Positions 38,069 through 49,151 of a DNA stretch of 64,000 nucleotides are shown piece after piece. Source of the DNA: Cyanobacteria bacterium P01_A01_bin.123 (GTDB lineage: Bacteria; Cyanobacteriota; Cyanobacteriia; Phormidesmidales; Phormidesmidaceae). Position numbers and translations under genes: made by a program. The notes under the pieces are model-generated. The model searched no databases. It was not told where the DNA came from and saw only the letters and a program-made list of their open reading frames with translations. The stretch lies in the NCBI GenBank assembly GCA_039815185.1, contig JBCBZT010000027.1, positions 32,001-96,000 on the forward strand, read 5' to 3'. Position 1 is the stretch's first letter. Every line of letters begins with the position of its first letter.

Positions 38069-39151
38069 ATGAAAATTGACGTTTTCAAGATCCCCCAAAG
38101 TGGCCCTGATGATTTGACCGGGTTGGTCGATCTGATTGAACAGCAAAAGCTAGCGCCTCAAAATATTGTCGCCATCATGGGTAAAACCGAAGGTAATGGT
38201 TGCGTCAATGATTTCACTCGGGGGTTTGCCGTTGCAACGCTGAAGGGATACTTACAATCTCGCATCGGTGAAGTCTTAACTAGCCAGATTGTATTTGTCA
38301 TGTCAGGCGGCACTGAGGGAGTGTTGAGTCCCCATTTAACGGTCTTCACACGACAACTGGAAGACTTGGCAGGGCCGACTCATCTAGGTTTAGCATTGGG
38401 GATTTGCCACACCCGAGATTTCTCTGTAGACGAAATCGGCACCCTGACGATGGTGCAAGTGGTGGCGAATGGGGTGAAGACTGCGATCGCCACCGCTGGC
38501 CTAACGCCCGAGAATGTTCACTTTGTGCAAATCAAATGTCCCCTAATTACTGCCGCCCGTAATTTTCAAAGTGAGGTAGTTACTCAAAATAAAACAGCTA
38601 TCACCCAGGACAGCTACAAATCTATGGCCTATTCCCGAGGGGCTTCTGCCCTGGGAGTAGCGTTAGCGCTAGGGGAACTCCAACCGGATCAGCTCACCGC
38701 TGACGATATCTGCTCAAATTACACCCTGTATTCATCTGTCGCTTCGACCTCTGCGGGCGTTGAACTTCAAAACTGCGAGATTCTAGTGTTGGGCAATACG
38801 CCTCATTCCCACAGCAACTATCGCATCGGTCATAGCGTGATGGAACATGCCCTGGATACTGCGGCGGTGCAGCAAGCGATCGCGAGTGCCCAAGGTTCCC
38901 TCAATCCATCCCGCATTATTAATGTCTTTGCCAAAGCGGAAGCTGATCCCACGGGTCAGGTGCTGGGCTGTCGCCATACCATGCTGGATGACTCCGATAT
39001 TAATCACACTCGCATGGCGAGAGCGGTTGTCGGGGCAATGGTTGCGTCTGTCGTACAAGACCCGATGATTTATGTGTCAGGGGGTAGTGAACATCAGGGC
39101 CCGGCGGGTGGCGGCCCCATCGCAGTGATTAGCCGTTGCGCTATGGGGTAA
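38069..39151 (+). CDS. atzD: Cyanuric acid hydrolase (AtzD/barbiturase family)
   Basis: GKTEGNGCVNDFTRG, MSGGTEG, VQIKCP, SMAYSRGASALG, STSAG, SGGSEHQGPAGGGP. Confidence 0.88.
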   Translation: MKIDVFKIPQSGPDDLTGLVDLIEQQKLAPQNIVAIMGKTEGNGCVNDFTRGFAVATLKGYLQSRIGEVLTSQIVFVMSGGTEGVLSPHLTVFTRQLEDLAGPTHLGLALGICHTRDFSVDEIGTLTMVQVVANGVKTAIATAGLTPENVHFVQIKCPLITAARNFQSEVVTQNKTAITQDSYKSMAYSRGASALGVALALGELQPDQLTADDICSNYTLYSSVASTSAGVELQNCEILVLGNTPHSHSNYRIGHSVMEHALDTAAVQQAIASAQGSLNPSRIINVFAKAEADPTGQVLGCRHTMLDDSDINHTRMARAVVGAMVASVVQDPMIYVSGGSEHQGPAGGGPIAVISRCAMG

Positions 39152-39378
39152 CCCACACATGTTGATACACCGGGCTTTTGACTGGGGTTGAGGGATAGCG
39201 ATCGCGTTAATGCCACACTTCACCAGGTCTTGATAAACTCGGCAACTTTTTGGCACCTTTTTCATACAGTGGGGTCTATTGTTTATATGGCTACTTTCTT
39301 TAAGCCAAATTAGGCAATCTATTAGGGACATTCCCGGTTACGATCTGACACAGCTAGCGATATGCACTAAACAAATCC

Positions 39379-41028
39379 ATGGTTGAGATGGCCCCCCGCT
39401 TCCCTGGCCCAAACCCCTTCCAGTTTGATTTCCTTTCTAATCGTCCGAAACGCGATCGCATTTTGGCAGCTATCGACGTCGGCACCAATTCTATTCACAT
39501 GGTGGTGGCTAAAATTCAGCCCGCGATCCCCGCGTTTTCGATTATCGATAAAGAAAAGGATACGGTACGCCTGGGCAACTTTAGCGCCAGCGATAGCCTG
39601 ACCGAAGATGCCATGGAACGGGCGATCGCAGCCCTGAAACGCTGCCAAAAAATTGCCCATAGCCTCGATGCCGAAGATATTGTCGCCGTGGCCACCAGCG
39701 CCGTTCGCGAAGCCAGAAACGGCAATGAGTTTCTCGAACGGGTTGAACGAGAAACTGGCTTAGCGATCAATCTAATCTCGGGTACAGAAGAAGCTCGTCG
39801 GATTTATTTGGGTGTGCTTTCTGGCATGGAACTGCACGGGCAACCCCACACCATTATTGACATTGGTGGCGGTTCCACCGAGCTGATTTTAGGCACCGGA
39901 CAACCCCATCGCTTCCTCAGCAGCACCAAGGTTGGGGCAGTGAGGCTAACGGCTCAGTTCATCACGACCAATCCTGTGAGCGACGAAGAGTTCACCTACT
40001 TAAAAGCCTATGTGCGGGGTAGGTTAGAGCGTACCGTAGACGAACTCAAAACTCATGTGAAACCGGGTGAATCCCTGAACTTGATTGGCACCTCAGGTAC
40101 GATCGAATGTTTGGCAGAGCTAGACGCCATCGATCGCCTGGGCTTAGTGCCAGATCCCCTCAATGGCTATGAAATGCAGTTGGAAGATTTGCGCACCCTG
40201 GTAGAGCGTTTGCGCAAGTCGAGCTACAGTGAGCGTCTAGCAATGCCCGGTATGTTGGCCCGTCGGGCTGAAATCATTGTCGCCGGGGCGGTGATTTTGC
40301 AAGAAGCCATGGAACTGCTAGGGATAGACCAACTCACCATCTGCGAACGCGCCCTGCGGGAAGGGGTCGTGGTGAACTGGATGTTGACCCATGGGTTAAT
40401 TGAAGACCGGATGCAGTTTCAAGAGTCCGTGCGGCAACGCAGTGTCATGCGGACGGCCCAAAAATATCAAGTGGATATCCCCCACAGCGATCGCACGGCT
40501 CGCTTCGCCCTGGCCCTATTTGATCAAACCCATGACCATCTGCACGAGTGGGGTGCCCAAGAGCGACAGTTACTTTGGGCCGCTGCCATGCTCCACAATA
40601 GTGGCCATTATGTCAGCCACACGTCCCATCACAAACATTCTTACTATTTGATTCGTAATGGTGAGCTGTTGGGCTATACCGAAGCTGAAATAGAAACGAT
40701 TGCCAATATCGCCCGCTATCACCGCAAAAGTGCCCCTAAGAAAAAGCACGACACCTATCGCAACTTACCCAGCAAGTATCACCGCCAACTGGTCGATCAA
40801 CTGAGTGCGGTTTTACGGTTGGCAGCCGCCCTCGATCGGCGACAAATCGGCGCGATCGCAGGGCTAAGCTGTCACTACGATGCAGAAAACCGCAAACTTT
40901 TGCTCAATCTGACCCCTGCCAATACCCAAGACGACTGCTCGATTGAATTGTGGAACCTCGACTACAAAAAAGATTGCTTTGAAGCCGAGTTTGACGTCAA
41001 ACTTCTGGTCAATCTAGTTCGGAGTTGA
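39379..41028 (+). CDS. ppx: Exopolyphosphatase Ppx/GppA
   Basis: AAIDVGTNS, ATSAVREA, DIGGGSTE, LREG, C-terminal HD-like domain. Confidence 0.95.
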   Translation: MVEMAPRFPGPNPFQFDFLSNRPKRDRILAAIDVGTNSIHMVVAKIQPAIPAFSIIDKEKDTVRLGNFSASDSLTEDAMERAIAALKRCQKIAHSLDAEDIVAVATSAVREARNGNEFLERVERETGLAINLISGTEEARRIYLGVLSGMELHGQPHTIIDIGGGSTELILGTGQPHRFLSSTKVGAVRLTAQFITTNPVSDEEFTYLKAYVRGRLERTVDELKTHVKPGESLNLIGTSGTIECLAELDAIDRLGLVPDPLNGYEMQLEDLRTLVERLRKSSYSERLAMPGMLARRAEIIVAGAVILQEAMELLGIDQLTICERALREGVVVNWMLTHGLIEDRMQFQESVRQRSVMRTAQKYQVDIPHSDRTARFALALFDQTHDHLHEWGAQERQLLWAAAMLHNSGHYVSHTSHHKHSYYLIRNGELLGYTEAEIETIANIARYHRKSAPKKKHDTYRNLPSKYHRQLVDQLSAVLRLAAALDRRQIGAIAGLSCHYDAENRKLLLNLTPANTQDDCSIELWNLDYKKDCFEAEFDVKLLVNLVRS

Positions 41029-41292
41029 GGGAAATTCTGAGCGAATGGAAGGCTTACTTGTCTCACTAACCAAGTTAGTCTCATATTATTTAGGCTCAGA
41101 TCCAGATCATCACACTATTTGGGGTGTTATACGGCATTTGAGTCGTCTAATCACTGGATTAGTGGGTATAGGCAGGTTTGGACTCGGATAAGATCCTGTT
41201 TAGGGGTGTTACACAGCATTTTTGCAGCCTATCTCCCCTCCATGGGGTTGATATACAACAAGCGATCTGCCTAATCACCCTTATTTAGAAGC

Positions 41293-41466
41293 TTAGCTGG
41301 ATTAGAGGGGATAAATGCAGATCAAATAATAAGTAGGAAGGTCCAATTAAATATAAGAAAGCGTAGGTTGTGGTTGAGGAACAAAACCCAACTATTGCCT
41401 CTGAGCAATCACTAATAATTTGGGGGTTTAGCCGGATTAGAGGAGATAAATGCAGATCAAATAATA
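41293..41466 (+). repeat. 39-bp direct repeat pair (41293-41331, 41428-41466)
   Basis: ttagc[t/c]ggattagagg[g/a]gataaatgcagatcaaataata, 2 mismatches. Confidence 0.85.
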
Positions 41467-41482
41467 GTTTGCAGATGGATCT

Positions 41483-41917
41483 ATGCCTAAGGACAACCGC
41501 ATCATAATCCACCATCAGGACGGAACCTGTCCGTTTAATGTCGCCAACATCAAACTCAGCGTCAAGGACGGCAAACTCGATCTGGAAATCGAGACGCACG
41601 AAAACGAAGACTGCGTGCTCGGCTTTTTGCCGTCGCCGACGCTATATGTTGAAAATACTGAAGTCACGGCAAGAACGCTCGCCGAGCTAACCCGCGAAGA
41701 ATTGGATGTGCCAATTGGCTGGAACACCGATGACAACATCTTCCGAATCTACATCGGACAACATCAAGCTTTAGATCACAACAAGGTGACAATTCGCCGT
41801 CGGAATCCGACCGAGATTGAAATCGACTGGAAATCAGACGCCGTCGATTTCAATTACTACGACGAAAGAGCCAGGCGCAACGTTATTGAGGCGCATTGCG
41901 TATACATCGTCGAATGA
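41483..41917 (+). CDS. Hypothetical protein (probable gene cassette)
   Basis: 144-aa ORF immediately followed by an attC-like site. Confidence 0.7.
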   Translation: MPKDNRIIIHHQDGTCPFNVANIKLSVKDGKLDLEIETHENEDCVLGFLPSPTLYVENTEVTARTLAELTREELDVPIGWNTDDNIFRIYIGQHQALDHNKVTIRRRNPTEIEIDWKSDAVDFNYYDERARRNVIEAHCVYIVE

Positions 41918-41940
41918 CACTGAGCGTTGCCGCAGCATCT

Positions 41941-42026
41941 GCATAACAAATCGATGCACCGGAACGGATAAGGTTGGTTCGCTCGGTACAATTTGTTATC
42001 TGTCCAGTGGTCTCTAATCGTTAAAC
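41941..42026 (+). other. Degenerate attC-like site
   Basis: GCATAAC-aaatc-GATGCACCGGAACGG ... CTGTCCAGTGGTC-tctaatc-GTTAAAC. Confidence 0.55.
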
Positions 42027-42084
42027 GCTTGTGACTGCATGCCAAAACTAAATGAATAGATGTCCCGCGTAACTCTCAACCCGG

Positions 42085-42746
42085 CTATTTGAGAACTGTT
42101 ATCAAGGGTTTGTGGTCTGAGCCTCCAGTCATACCAGTCCAGGTTTTCAGAGACTTAAATCCCCGGGTCATAATGTGGTCGATTGGAATTTTGATATAGC
42201 GGGTCTTCAGGGTCTGATTAAAGTACCAGGTGGCCCAAATCCACTGGCCTCGACCAGTATTTTGTAACTGGCTTTGCCGTTCAAACCGTTCAAAATAGGG
42301 CGACCATGGCGCGGTGTTAAAGTCTCCGAGGACGATTAATTTGCCATCCAACTTGCGACTGGTACGGATCAGGGTATCAAGTTGGTGATTGCGGATATGG
42401 AAAAAATTCCGCCGAATCGGGACGGGTGGGTGAAAATCCAAAGATTGTAGGTCATGACTCGGATACCCTCAGAGGGTGTGCCCAGGTTCGGTAGCCCCAC
42501 CCAGCTAAGAATTGGTGCCCAACATAATACTGATAGCACCGTTGCCAGAACCAATCGAACACGTTGCTTGCGTAGAATAGGCAACAGCAACACTAACAAG
42601 AATCCAAGCAGTGCTATGCTGCTGAAATAGGGTAAAAGCTCAAGCGAAACAGAAAAGATCCAACGATATTTCGGATAGGGACTATAGTAAAGCAGCACGA
42701 TTAGTGTGCTGAGCAGTAATGTGATGTTAGAGATTAATCGCAGCAT
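42085..42746 (-). pseudogene. Endonuclease/exonuclease/phosphatase family membrane protein, internally deleted and frameshifted
   Basis: 5' frame with TM segments and VMTYNLW; 3' frame HPPVP...LGDFNTAPWS...PIDH...GSDHKP; central part missing. Confidence 0.75.
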
Positions 42747-42994
42747 CGGCTTACTGTTAAATCTACGAATGTATCACCGACTAAGCACTCCTTTAAGAGG
42801 AGTTTATGGTTTAGGAGCAAAGGCTGCTTTGCTGATGTCTTCTACCAGCTGAACAATTTTTATTCCGTAAGTTACTGGCGATTGCCTGAAGGTGCGATCG
42901 CGGGGGAGCGTGTCACCTATGAGCCCTCACCCTAAATCCCTCACCCAAGCTTGGGAGAGGGACTTTGAACCACTTACCCCCCTTCTCCCAATGT

Positions 42995-44490
42995 CTATCC
43001 ATTAGACAGAAAAAGCTAGGATGCTTTCAGGGGGTAGCTTTTGGAGGCGAGGTGTGCTCCTTCAAGCAAGTGATGGAGCACACCTAAGCCGCGCCACAGC
43101 GTTTTCAAACCCGGTTCACCATCACCCTTACGGGCTAAGAATCCTCCCAATTGGGCAATCCAGCGGACTGCTTGACGGATAGTAGGTGGCTTTTTGGAGC
43201 GGTTCTTGGGTTCAAACTTGCGCCGCAACAACCGCCATTCCCCAGGTTGTAAAATCATCTCACACGAGTCATTGGGAGCCAGTCTGGCATGGTAGGTCAT
43301 CCACATCAGCCGCCAAGCCACAATCGAGTAAGTGGCCAGCGATTGAGCAAACGCTGGGCCGTTTCAAGTTGCAACTGCTCAATCCGACAGCCGCTCTTCA
43401 GGGTGAAATGAAATCGCTCAATCAACCACCGAAGACTATACCAGCGAACACATTGACAGGCTTGTTCGAACGTCTCAATCGGTAATGTGGTCAGCAACAA
43501 CCAGCGGATGGGTTCGCCCCCATCGACTGGGGCTTCTTCACTCACCAGCAAAGCATTCATGGGTACTGGTTGGGCCGTCTTGGGATGTTGACCATTGCGG
43601 GGCACGGCAATGGTCACGCTGATGGCGCGGATGCTCAAGGTGGCCTGACGAGCAGGGCGCTTCGGATTCCTTTGCACCTCAAGGCTCAGGTGTCCCAGGA
43701 TGGGCGCTTGCTCAAGGGTGGGAATCAAATAGCCCAATTCACCGTCAACTTTGCGATTGTGTTCAGCCCGAATCAACAGCTCGCTGGAAACCCGACGAGG
43801 CTGAACAAATAGGTCATAGATGTCGGCTTCGCGGTCACCCACATGGATCAGGCAAACCGCATCATCGACACCAACCTCAGCCGCCGTCAACGTATCGAGC
43901 CATCGTTGACTTTCTTTTTCACGGGTTGGCTTCTGGCGACGCTGTCCTCGTTTGCCAGCCCGTTCTTTGCGACTCCAGGTGTATTGATGCAACAAACCTA
44001 ACGGTTCACCCTCACCACTGACAGCCAAACAGCTATGCACTTTGATGCCCTGTTGATTCGTCTGACAGAAAAAGCCTAAGCCCGTTGTCTGCTTTAAGCT
44101 GCTGAAATCTAAATCGGTGGTGTCCTGGATGGCCAACACCACGCTTTGGTCGCTTATCCGCTTGAGGACACTGGGGCGATGACTGTCCAAAATCTGACCG
44201 GCTCGAATCCGTTTGTTTGACCAGAAGCGATAAACGCTTTGACTCTCGGAGGCAGCTTGAGTCGCTTGTGGGACACTTTCGTTGGGATGCTCACTCAACA
44301 CCCGCAATAGCTCACGCAGTCGCTTGCCATGGCGAAAGTCACGAAATGGGGCACTCCTGATTTCTTAGTTAGCCCAATCGCGCATTAGAGGTTCCTCTCA
44401 AAAGCTATATATGGACTTAGTAAGATCCCACAGTTGATGCCTGAAATCTATATCTCGTAATACTTCTATGTATTTGTGCCTAATGGATAG
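42995..44490 (-). mobile_element. IS4-family (IS50/Tn5-like) insertion sequence
   Basis: Terminal IR CTATCCATTAG[A/G]CA; 10-bp target duplication CTCCCAATGT at 42985-42994 and 44491-44500. Confidence 0.92.
43016..44385 (-). pseudogene. IS4-family transposase, inactivated
   Basis: QDTT, DREAD, YSLRWLIERFHFTLKSG, LGGFLARKGDGEPG; early TAA (MRDWAN*) and a frameshift near 43350. Confidence 0.88.
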
Positions 44491-44628
44491 CTCCCAATGT
44501 TGGGAGAAGGGGCTGGGGGATGTAGAGCTTTGCTCTTCCCAAAGGGTGGGCAATGCAGGATATTTGCAAATATGGCATGCTTCCCGATCGCGGTGGCATA
44601 ACAATCCGGGCTTGAAAAATTAATAGGC

Positions 44629-44814
44629 TTAGCGAGGTACCTTGTTAGCTTGCTGACGAGGTTCTTTGATAAATACTCGTTGAAATACAAGCCGAATAGA
44701 CGATGGGAGAGTTTTCCAATAACGTTTCCACAGCCGTTGCTGCGCTTGGCATAACTGATAAACCCATTCTAAGCCACTCTCTCGAATCCATCTCGGGGCT
44801 GCTTTATTAGTCAT
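44629..44814 (-). pseudogene. WecB/TagA/CpsF glycosyltransferase C-terminal fragment
   Basis: APRWIRESGLEWVYQL...RLWKRY only. Confidence 0.7.
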
Positions 44815-45187
44815 GATGTTTTCCTTGAATGGGCATCAACTAGAACTGCACTCAGATGACCGTCTTAATGCAGACAACCATAAAGAACCCGCCAAAAGGC
44901 CTAAATCAGTTGGATGGGTTCAGACTAATAGTCCCGTTATTGTTGACTAAGTTCAGTGACTGCTAGCGCTCCCGACTCGTGAGCTCTCTGGCGTTGAGGT
45001 GTGACTGGAGTGGGCAATTAAAGTGAGAGAGATCACGCCGGATAGCCCATATAATCCGGTTGAACAAAGTCATCGACGATTCAAGTCTCAATACCATCCC
45101 AGCCTGGGGTATACAGCGTTTGCAGCAGCCCAGCACTTTTATCAGGCGGTTAGGATACCTTAAACTGAAAACCTGATTGATCAGCAC

Positions 45188-45607
45188 TTACTTGCAAATA
45201 TATTTCTGTTCCATATCAGCAACCACCTTAGCCATGAAATTTTCTAGCTTGTTTAAGTCAATTTTAGACAAACTTGTGATGTATAAACACGATTTAGCGG
45301 TTTTAACCTTGCCTAATGATTTGAGTTCCTCTGAATAGTTTTCAAACCCCTGCATCACATAGATCGTTGAGTTTTGCCGCCTTGGTGAGAACCCTGTCAT
45401 CATCCACGAATAGGTTCCTTTTGTATTCGTGTACTCATAACTACCAAAACCTACGATTGAATCACCCCACATCACAGCCTGACGTTGAGTGACTCGCTCA
45501 AATAGGTCTAAAAGCTTGTAAGCATCATCTCTACGTTTTTCATTGTCGATACTTTCCAAAAAATCAAGGACGCTTTTTTCATTCGGTTGAGTTTTGATTT
45601 CAGCCAT
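45188..45607 (-). CDS. DUF1801 domain protein
   Basis: MAEIKTQP, MWGDSIVGFGSY, TGFSPR, LGKVKTAKSCLYI. Confidence 0.88.
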   Translation of the reverse strand: MAEIKTQPNEKSVLDFLESIDNEKRRDDAYKLLDLFERVTQRQAVMWGDSIVGFGSYEYTNTKGTYSWMMTGFSPRRQNSTIYVMQGFENYSEELKSLGKVKTAKSCLYITSLSKIDLNKLENFMAKVVADMEQKYICK

Positions 45608-45838
45608 TTTTGCTTAGTTTTAATGAGTGCGCTGAGGCGATCGCCCGTCTGTCTGCTGCACAAGCGCTTCAATTAATCCGCCACACCAGAGTTGCTAAAC
45701 GGCTCCAGAATAAGGGACTCACTTAGCTGTCAGGAGCAGACCAACGCCACAGTACTGTAAAGATATCCAATTAAACTTGCAGCTGAGCTTGACTAATCCC
45801 GTATTCTTCAAACAGCGTCCGCTTTTAGAGGATTCAAC

Positions 45839-46633
45839 ATGATCTGGGATTTTCAACGACTACGGGTTGCGAGTGCAGGTCAATTTTTGATCAGCACTGC
45901 ACTGACTGTCTCATTAACAGCGATCGCGACCTCTGTACAAGCTGTTACCTTTGTCAGTAATCGGGACGCTCTCAATGAAACCGATCGGGTGGATTGGTCA
46001 TCAGTAGGCGCTATATTCAATTCGTTTGGGCCACCCGATCCCGCTGTTTTTTTGCCGAGTACTTTTGGAATTGGCTCTGATGCCGGTTTGGGTGTGCAAG
46101 TCTTCATTCCTGAAGACACTACCCCTGGTCTGACACCGCCCTTCGTTTTTCAAACCACCCCCGCCCCCGGCATTGAAACGAACTTCGACAATGGTGATTT
46201 TATTTTGTTCACAGGGTTTATTCCAGGGCCAGCCCCTACGACTGGCAATCCAGGGCCGATCACCTTAACCTTTGATCGCCCTATTTTGGGGGCAGGCGTA
46301 CAGCTTGCAACAGATGATACCTCTAGCTTTACGGGCACGCTCTCTGCTTTTGATGAGAACGATAATCTACTCGGCACGTTCTCCACACCAGGGACATCTT
46401 CATTAGCACTAGATAATACAGCTCAGTTCTTTGGGGTGCTGGATGAGCGCCCTACTATCTCCAAACTAGAATTTAAGGCCTTGGTGCCGGGGCGAGCGAT
46501 TGGGATTAACCAGCTGAGTATTGTAACCGCGACAACCTCAGTACCCGAACCATCGATGGGTTTTGCACTAGCTTTCTTTGCGGGTCTAGGACTATTGGGG
46601 TGTCAATATCAGCGAGAGAATCATCATGCTTAA
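45839..46633 (+). CDS. PEP-CTERM surface protein
   Basis: Signal peptide ending VQA; C-terminal VPEPS plus TM helix. Confidence 0.85.
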   Translation: MIWDFQRLRVASAGQFLISTALTVSLTAIATSVQAVTFVSNRDALNETDRVDWSSVGAIFNSFGPPDPAVFLPSTFGIGSDAGLGVQVFIPEDTTPGLTPPFVFQTTPAPGIETNFDNGDFILFTGFIPGPAPTTGNPGPITLTFDRPILGAGVQLATDDTSSFTGTLSAFDENDNLLGTFSTPGTSSLALDNTAQFFGVLDERPTISKLEFKALVPGRAIGINQLSIVTATTSVPEPSMGFALAFFAGLGLLGCQYQRENHHA

Positions 46634-47195
46634 TACCCACAACCTGACGGCAACCATCGGCACTACGCTGGGGGTTGCTTTAGTCACCATGTCTCCCTCA
46701 ATGGCAGCCACCTTTCGATATACAACGCTCACCACCCAAACGGTTTATACAGAAGGCCCGACTGTCATTGCAGGCACACCCTACGACGGTACTTTTGTGA
46801 ACAATATCTTCAATCCGTTTTCTGGGCTGGCGCAAACATTTTCGGGTTTCTACCGGATACAAACTGGAACATTAGGAGAAGCTGTTTCCCTGAGCGCGGT
46901 TCAGCAACGCCCCACTGATCGCACCGACCTTGGAGATATCGGCATTACCCGCATCGAATACTTCGCAACCCCGCAACCAGTAGCAGCTATCCCTGGTGCA
47001 TTTACAGTCCCGCCTGGGTTGACTGAATTTGACTTTCAATTTGTCCCAGCCGCTGTTGCCGGTGCGCCAGTGGTTTTGTCTCAAGGATGGTCTGCTGAAG
47101 CGGTGCCCGAGTCGAGCAGTCCTCTAATGTGGGCGGGATTCGTAGGACTGGGCTTAGGGCTGAAGGGGTTATTGTTCAATGCCACAAAGCCTTGA
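46626..47195 (+). CDS. PEP-CTERM-like surface protein
   Basis: Signal peptide; C-terminal VPESSS plus TM helix. Confidence 0.8.
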   Translation: MLNTHNLTATIGTTLGVALVTMSPSMAATFRYTTLTTQTVYTEGPTVIAGTPYDGTFVNNIFNPFSGLAQTFSGFYRIQTGTLGEAVSLSAVQQRPTDRTDLGDIGITRIEYFATPQPVAAIPGAFTVPPGLTEFDFQFVPAAVAGAPVVLSQGWSAEAVPESSSPLMWAGFVGLGLGLKGLLFNATKP

Positions 47196-47289
47196 AAGGC
47201 GATCCATTGATTGTCTCTGATACTTTTCCGTCTTTGGCTATGCGTGCGAATTCGATTTTGAATTCGTAGCGTAATTTGACAGCCGTTGA

Positions 47290-48741
47290 TCATCCAGAGG
47301 TTAGGCTAACCCCCAATCCATCGCTAAGTTCCTGGGCCAGCCATTTGAATTCTGCTACCGTTAGCCCCAACTTCTGACGGTTTAAGCGGTAGCTAAGCTG
47401 AACGCCAAAAATTTTCAGGGAATTTTGGTCTGGGCTGAATTCTAAACGATCAATCTCTTCCCGCTTAGCCTTGAACAAAACCTGGCGGACACGCGTGAGA
47501 ATTGTTGATTCTCGATAAAGGGTCAATCCATGGTCATCGAGATACAGATGGAGCTGACGCAGCAGGGTGTTGCTAGCAGGTGTTGGGATCAGCGTAACGG
47601 CCACGAATCCAGCAGTAACGCTAACGACGCTAGATGCTAGCCATAAGATGGGGATAGCCACCACCCAAGCGGTCATATACCCTAAAAGCGCGATCGGCAA
47701 CCACATAATCGTGCCGCCAAGAGTTGAGGCAATGCTGAAAATAATGCCCAGCACTAGCAGATTCAACCAAGAGCTGACTTGCTTAGATCGGAAGCCCTTC
47801 GGTGGCACAATGATATCCAATGTGTCTTCTCGCCGATTGACTAGGATGCGACTTTGGTCAAGGTGATGGTTTGGTAAACCACTCAAGGTTCCAGCATCCA
47901 ATAAGGTGTTTAACCCCTTGATTGCTTCCATAGCAGAGGTTGGGCGCTGGGTAATGTCTGGAGTTATGAGCCAACGTAACCACTGACGCAGCGGTTGGCT
48001 GATGTGAGTAGCCTTGGCCTCAAACCGAATGCGGAGATTCTGCTGGGGTAGATCTGCTGGGTGATGCCCTGTTACGAGATAAATGAGCGTTGCGCCTAAG
48101 CTGTAGAGATCTGAAGCCGCTTCGGCCCGCCCGCCAAACTGCTCTGGCGGCATGTAGCCGTAAGTGCCGACGATGGTTAACGTTCCGGTGGGATGGAGAA
48201 ACGGAGCCTGTACTGAACCAAAGTCTACGAGGTAAAGCTGGCCTTGACTATGGGCACTGCGATCGCTGAGTAGAATATTGCTGGGTTTCAGATCACGGTG
48301 AATAATCGGTGGCGTTTGGTGATGGAGATATTGCAAGATTTCTAACAACCGTTGAGCAATGTCGATCACATCGGCTTCGGTAAAGGTGCGCCCCGCTTGT
48401 AGGTGCTCTTGTAGCGATCGCCCCTCAACGTAACTTTGCACTAGGGCGTAGCCTTTGGTCTGGGGTAAATCAATTTCAAAATAGTCCAGATAGCCAGGAA
48501 TCGCCTCATGCGCCAAGGATTTCAGCACTTCCCCTTCCCGTTCGAATAGGCGCAGATCGGCCCACTCAACATCACTGCCAAAGGTCACTATTTTAATCAC
48601 AACGGCGCATTGCGCCTGGAGATCGTCGGCCAGCAATGTTCTGCGGCCAATGGCTTTGCCTAGCTCCTGGCGAATTTCGTAGCGATCGCGGAGCCGCTTC
48701 CCTAACCAATCTGAAGTGGGCTGATCTGTCATCTGAGGCAC
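47290..48741 (-). CDS. Ser/Thr protein kinase with C-terminal membrane segments
   Basis: VVIK, HRDLKPSN, DFG, GTYGYMPPEQ, SDLYSLG. Confidence 0.93.
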   Translation of the reverse strand: MPQMTDQPTSDWLGKRLRDRYEIRQELGKAIGRRTLLADDLQAQCAVVIKIVTFGSDVEWADLRLFEREGEVLKSLAHEAIPGYLDYFEIDLPQTKGYALVQSYVEGRSLQEHLQAGRTFTEADVIDIAQRLLEILQYLHHQTPPIIHRDLKPSNILLSDRSAHSQGQLYLVDFGSVQAPFLHPTGTLTIVGTYGYMPPEQFGGRAEAASDLYSLGATLIYLVTGHHPADLPQQNLRIRFEAKATHISQPLRQWLRWLITPDITQRPTSAMEAIKGLNTLLDAGTLSGLPNHHLDQSRILVNRREDTLDIIVPPKGFRSKQVSSWLNLLVLGIIFSIASTLGGTIMWLPIALLGYMTAWVVAIPILWLASSVVSVTAGFVAVTLIPTPASNTLLRQLHLYLDDHGLTLYRESTILTRVRQVLFKAKREEIDRLEFSPDQNSLKIFGVQLSYRLNRQKLGLTVAEFKWLAQELSDGLGVSLTSG

Positions 48742-49151
48742 CTCCCAGAGGGGTTATCAATCTTGACTACATCCAGATCGATGGCTTTCCGTAAGGTGTA
48801 GCCGTAGCCACCAAGCTTTGTGCGCTGCTGTGAGCCAGATTGCTTACTGCACCGAGTACCGCTGGGATGCTCAGCATACAAGCAATCTGGCCAGCACTAT
48901 AAAACTCAAGCCTGCCAATCAGATGTGGTTTAGCTTCTCCAGACTAATCAATTATTTTGAGGAGTTGGTGCGCTTAAGCAACGGCTCTAGCGTGCCGAAG
49001 GCTTAGGTTGGGGAGTTATGCCAATGACATTCCCAAATTGTGGCCCAAATTTTGGAAAGTATAAGTTATTTCATCCCAGGTTGTAATTATACGGAATTTG
49101 ACTATCTGGCCTGAAGAAAACCATTAGCAATTCAACACAACACATAAGCTA

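Noticed and set aside
41285..41599. 104-aa minus-strand ORF with a repeated LLFDLHLSPLI
   Set aside because: The repeat is a translation of the 39-bp non-coding direct repeat, and the ORF overlaps a better plus-strand gene.
42790..42850. Fluoride riboswitch (GCTGATGTCTTCTAC resembles its 3' part)
   Set aside because: The 5' GGCGATGG...CGCC stem is absent and no suitable downstream gene follows.
45040..45155. attC site downstream of the DUF1801 gene
   Set aside because: Only a partial CCTAAC-like end; no convincing GTTRRRY core or paired L boxes.
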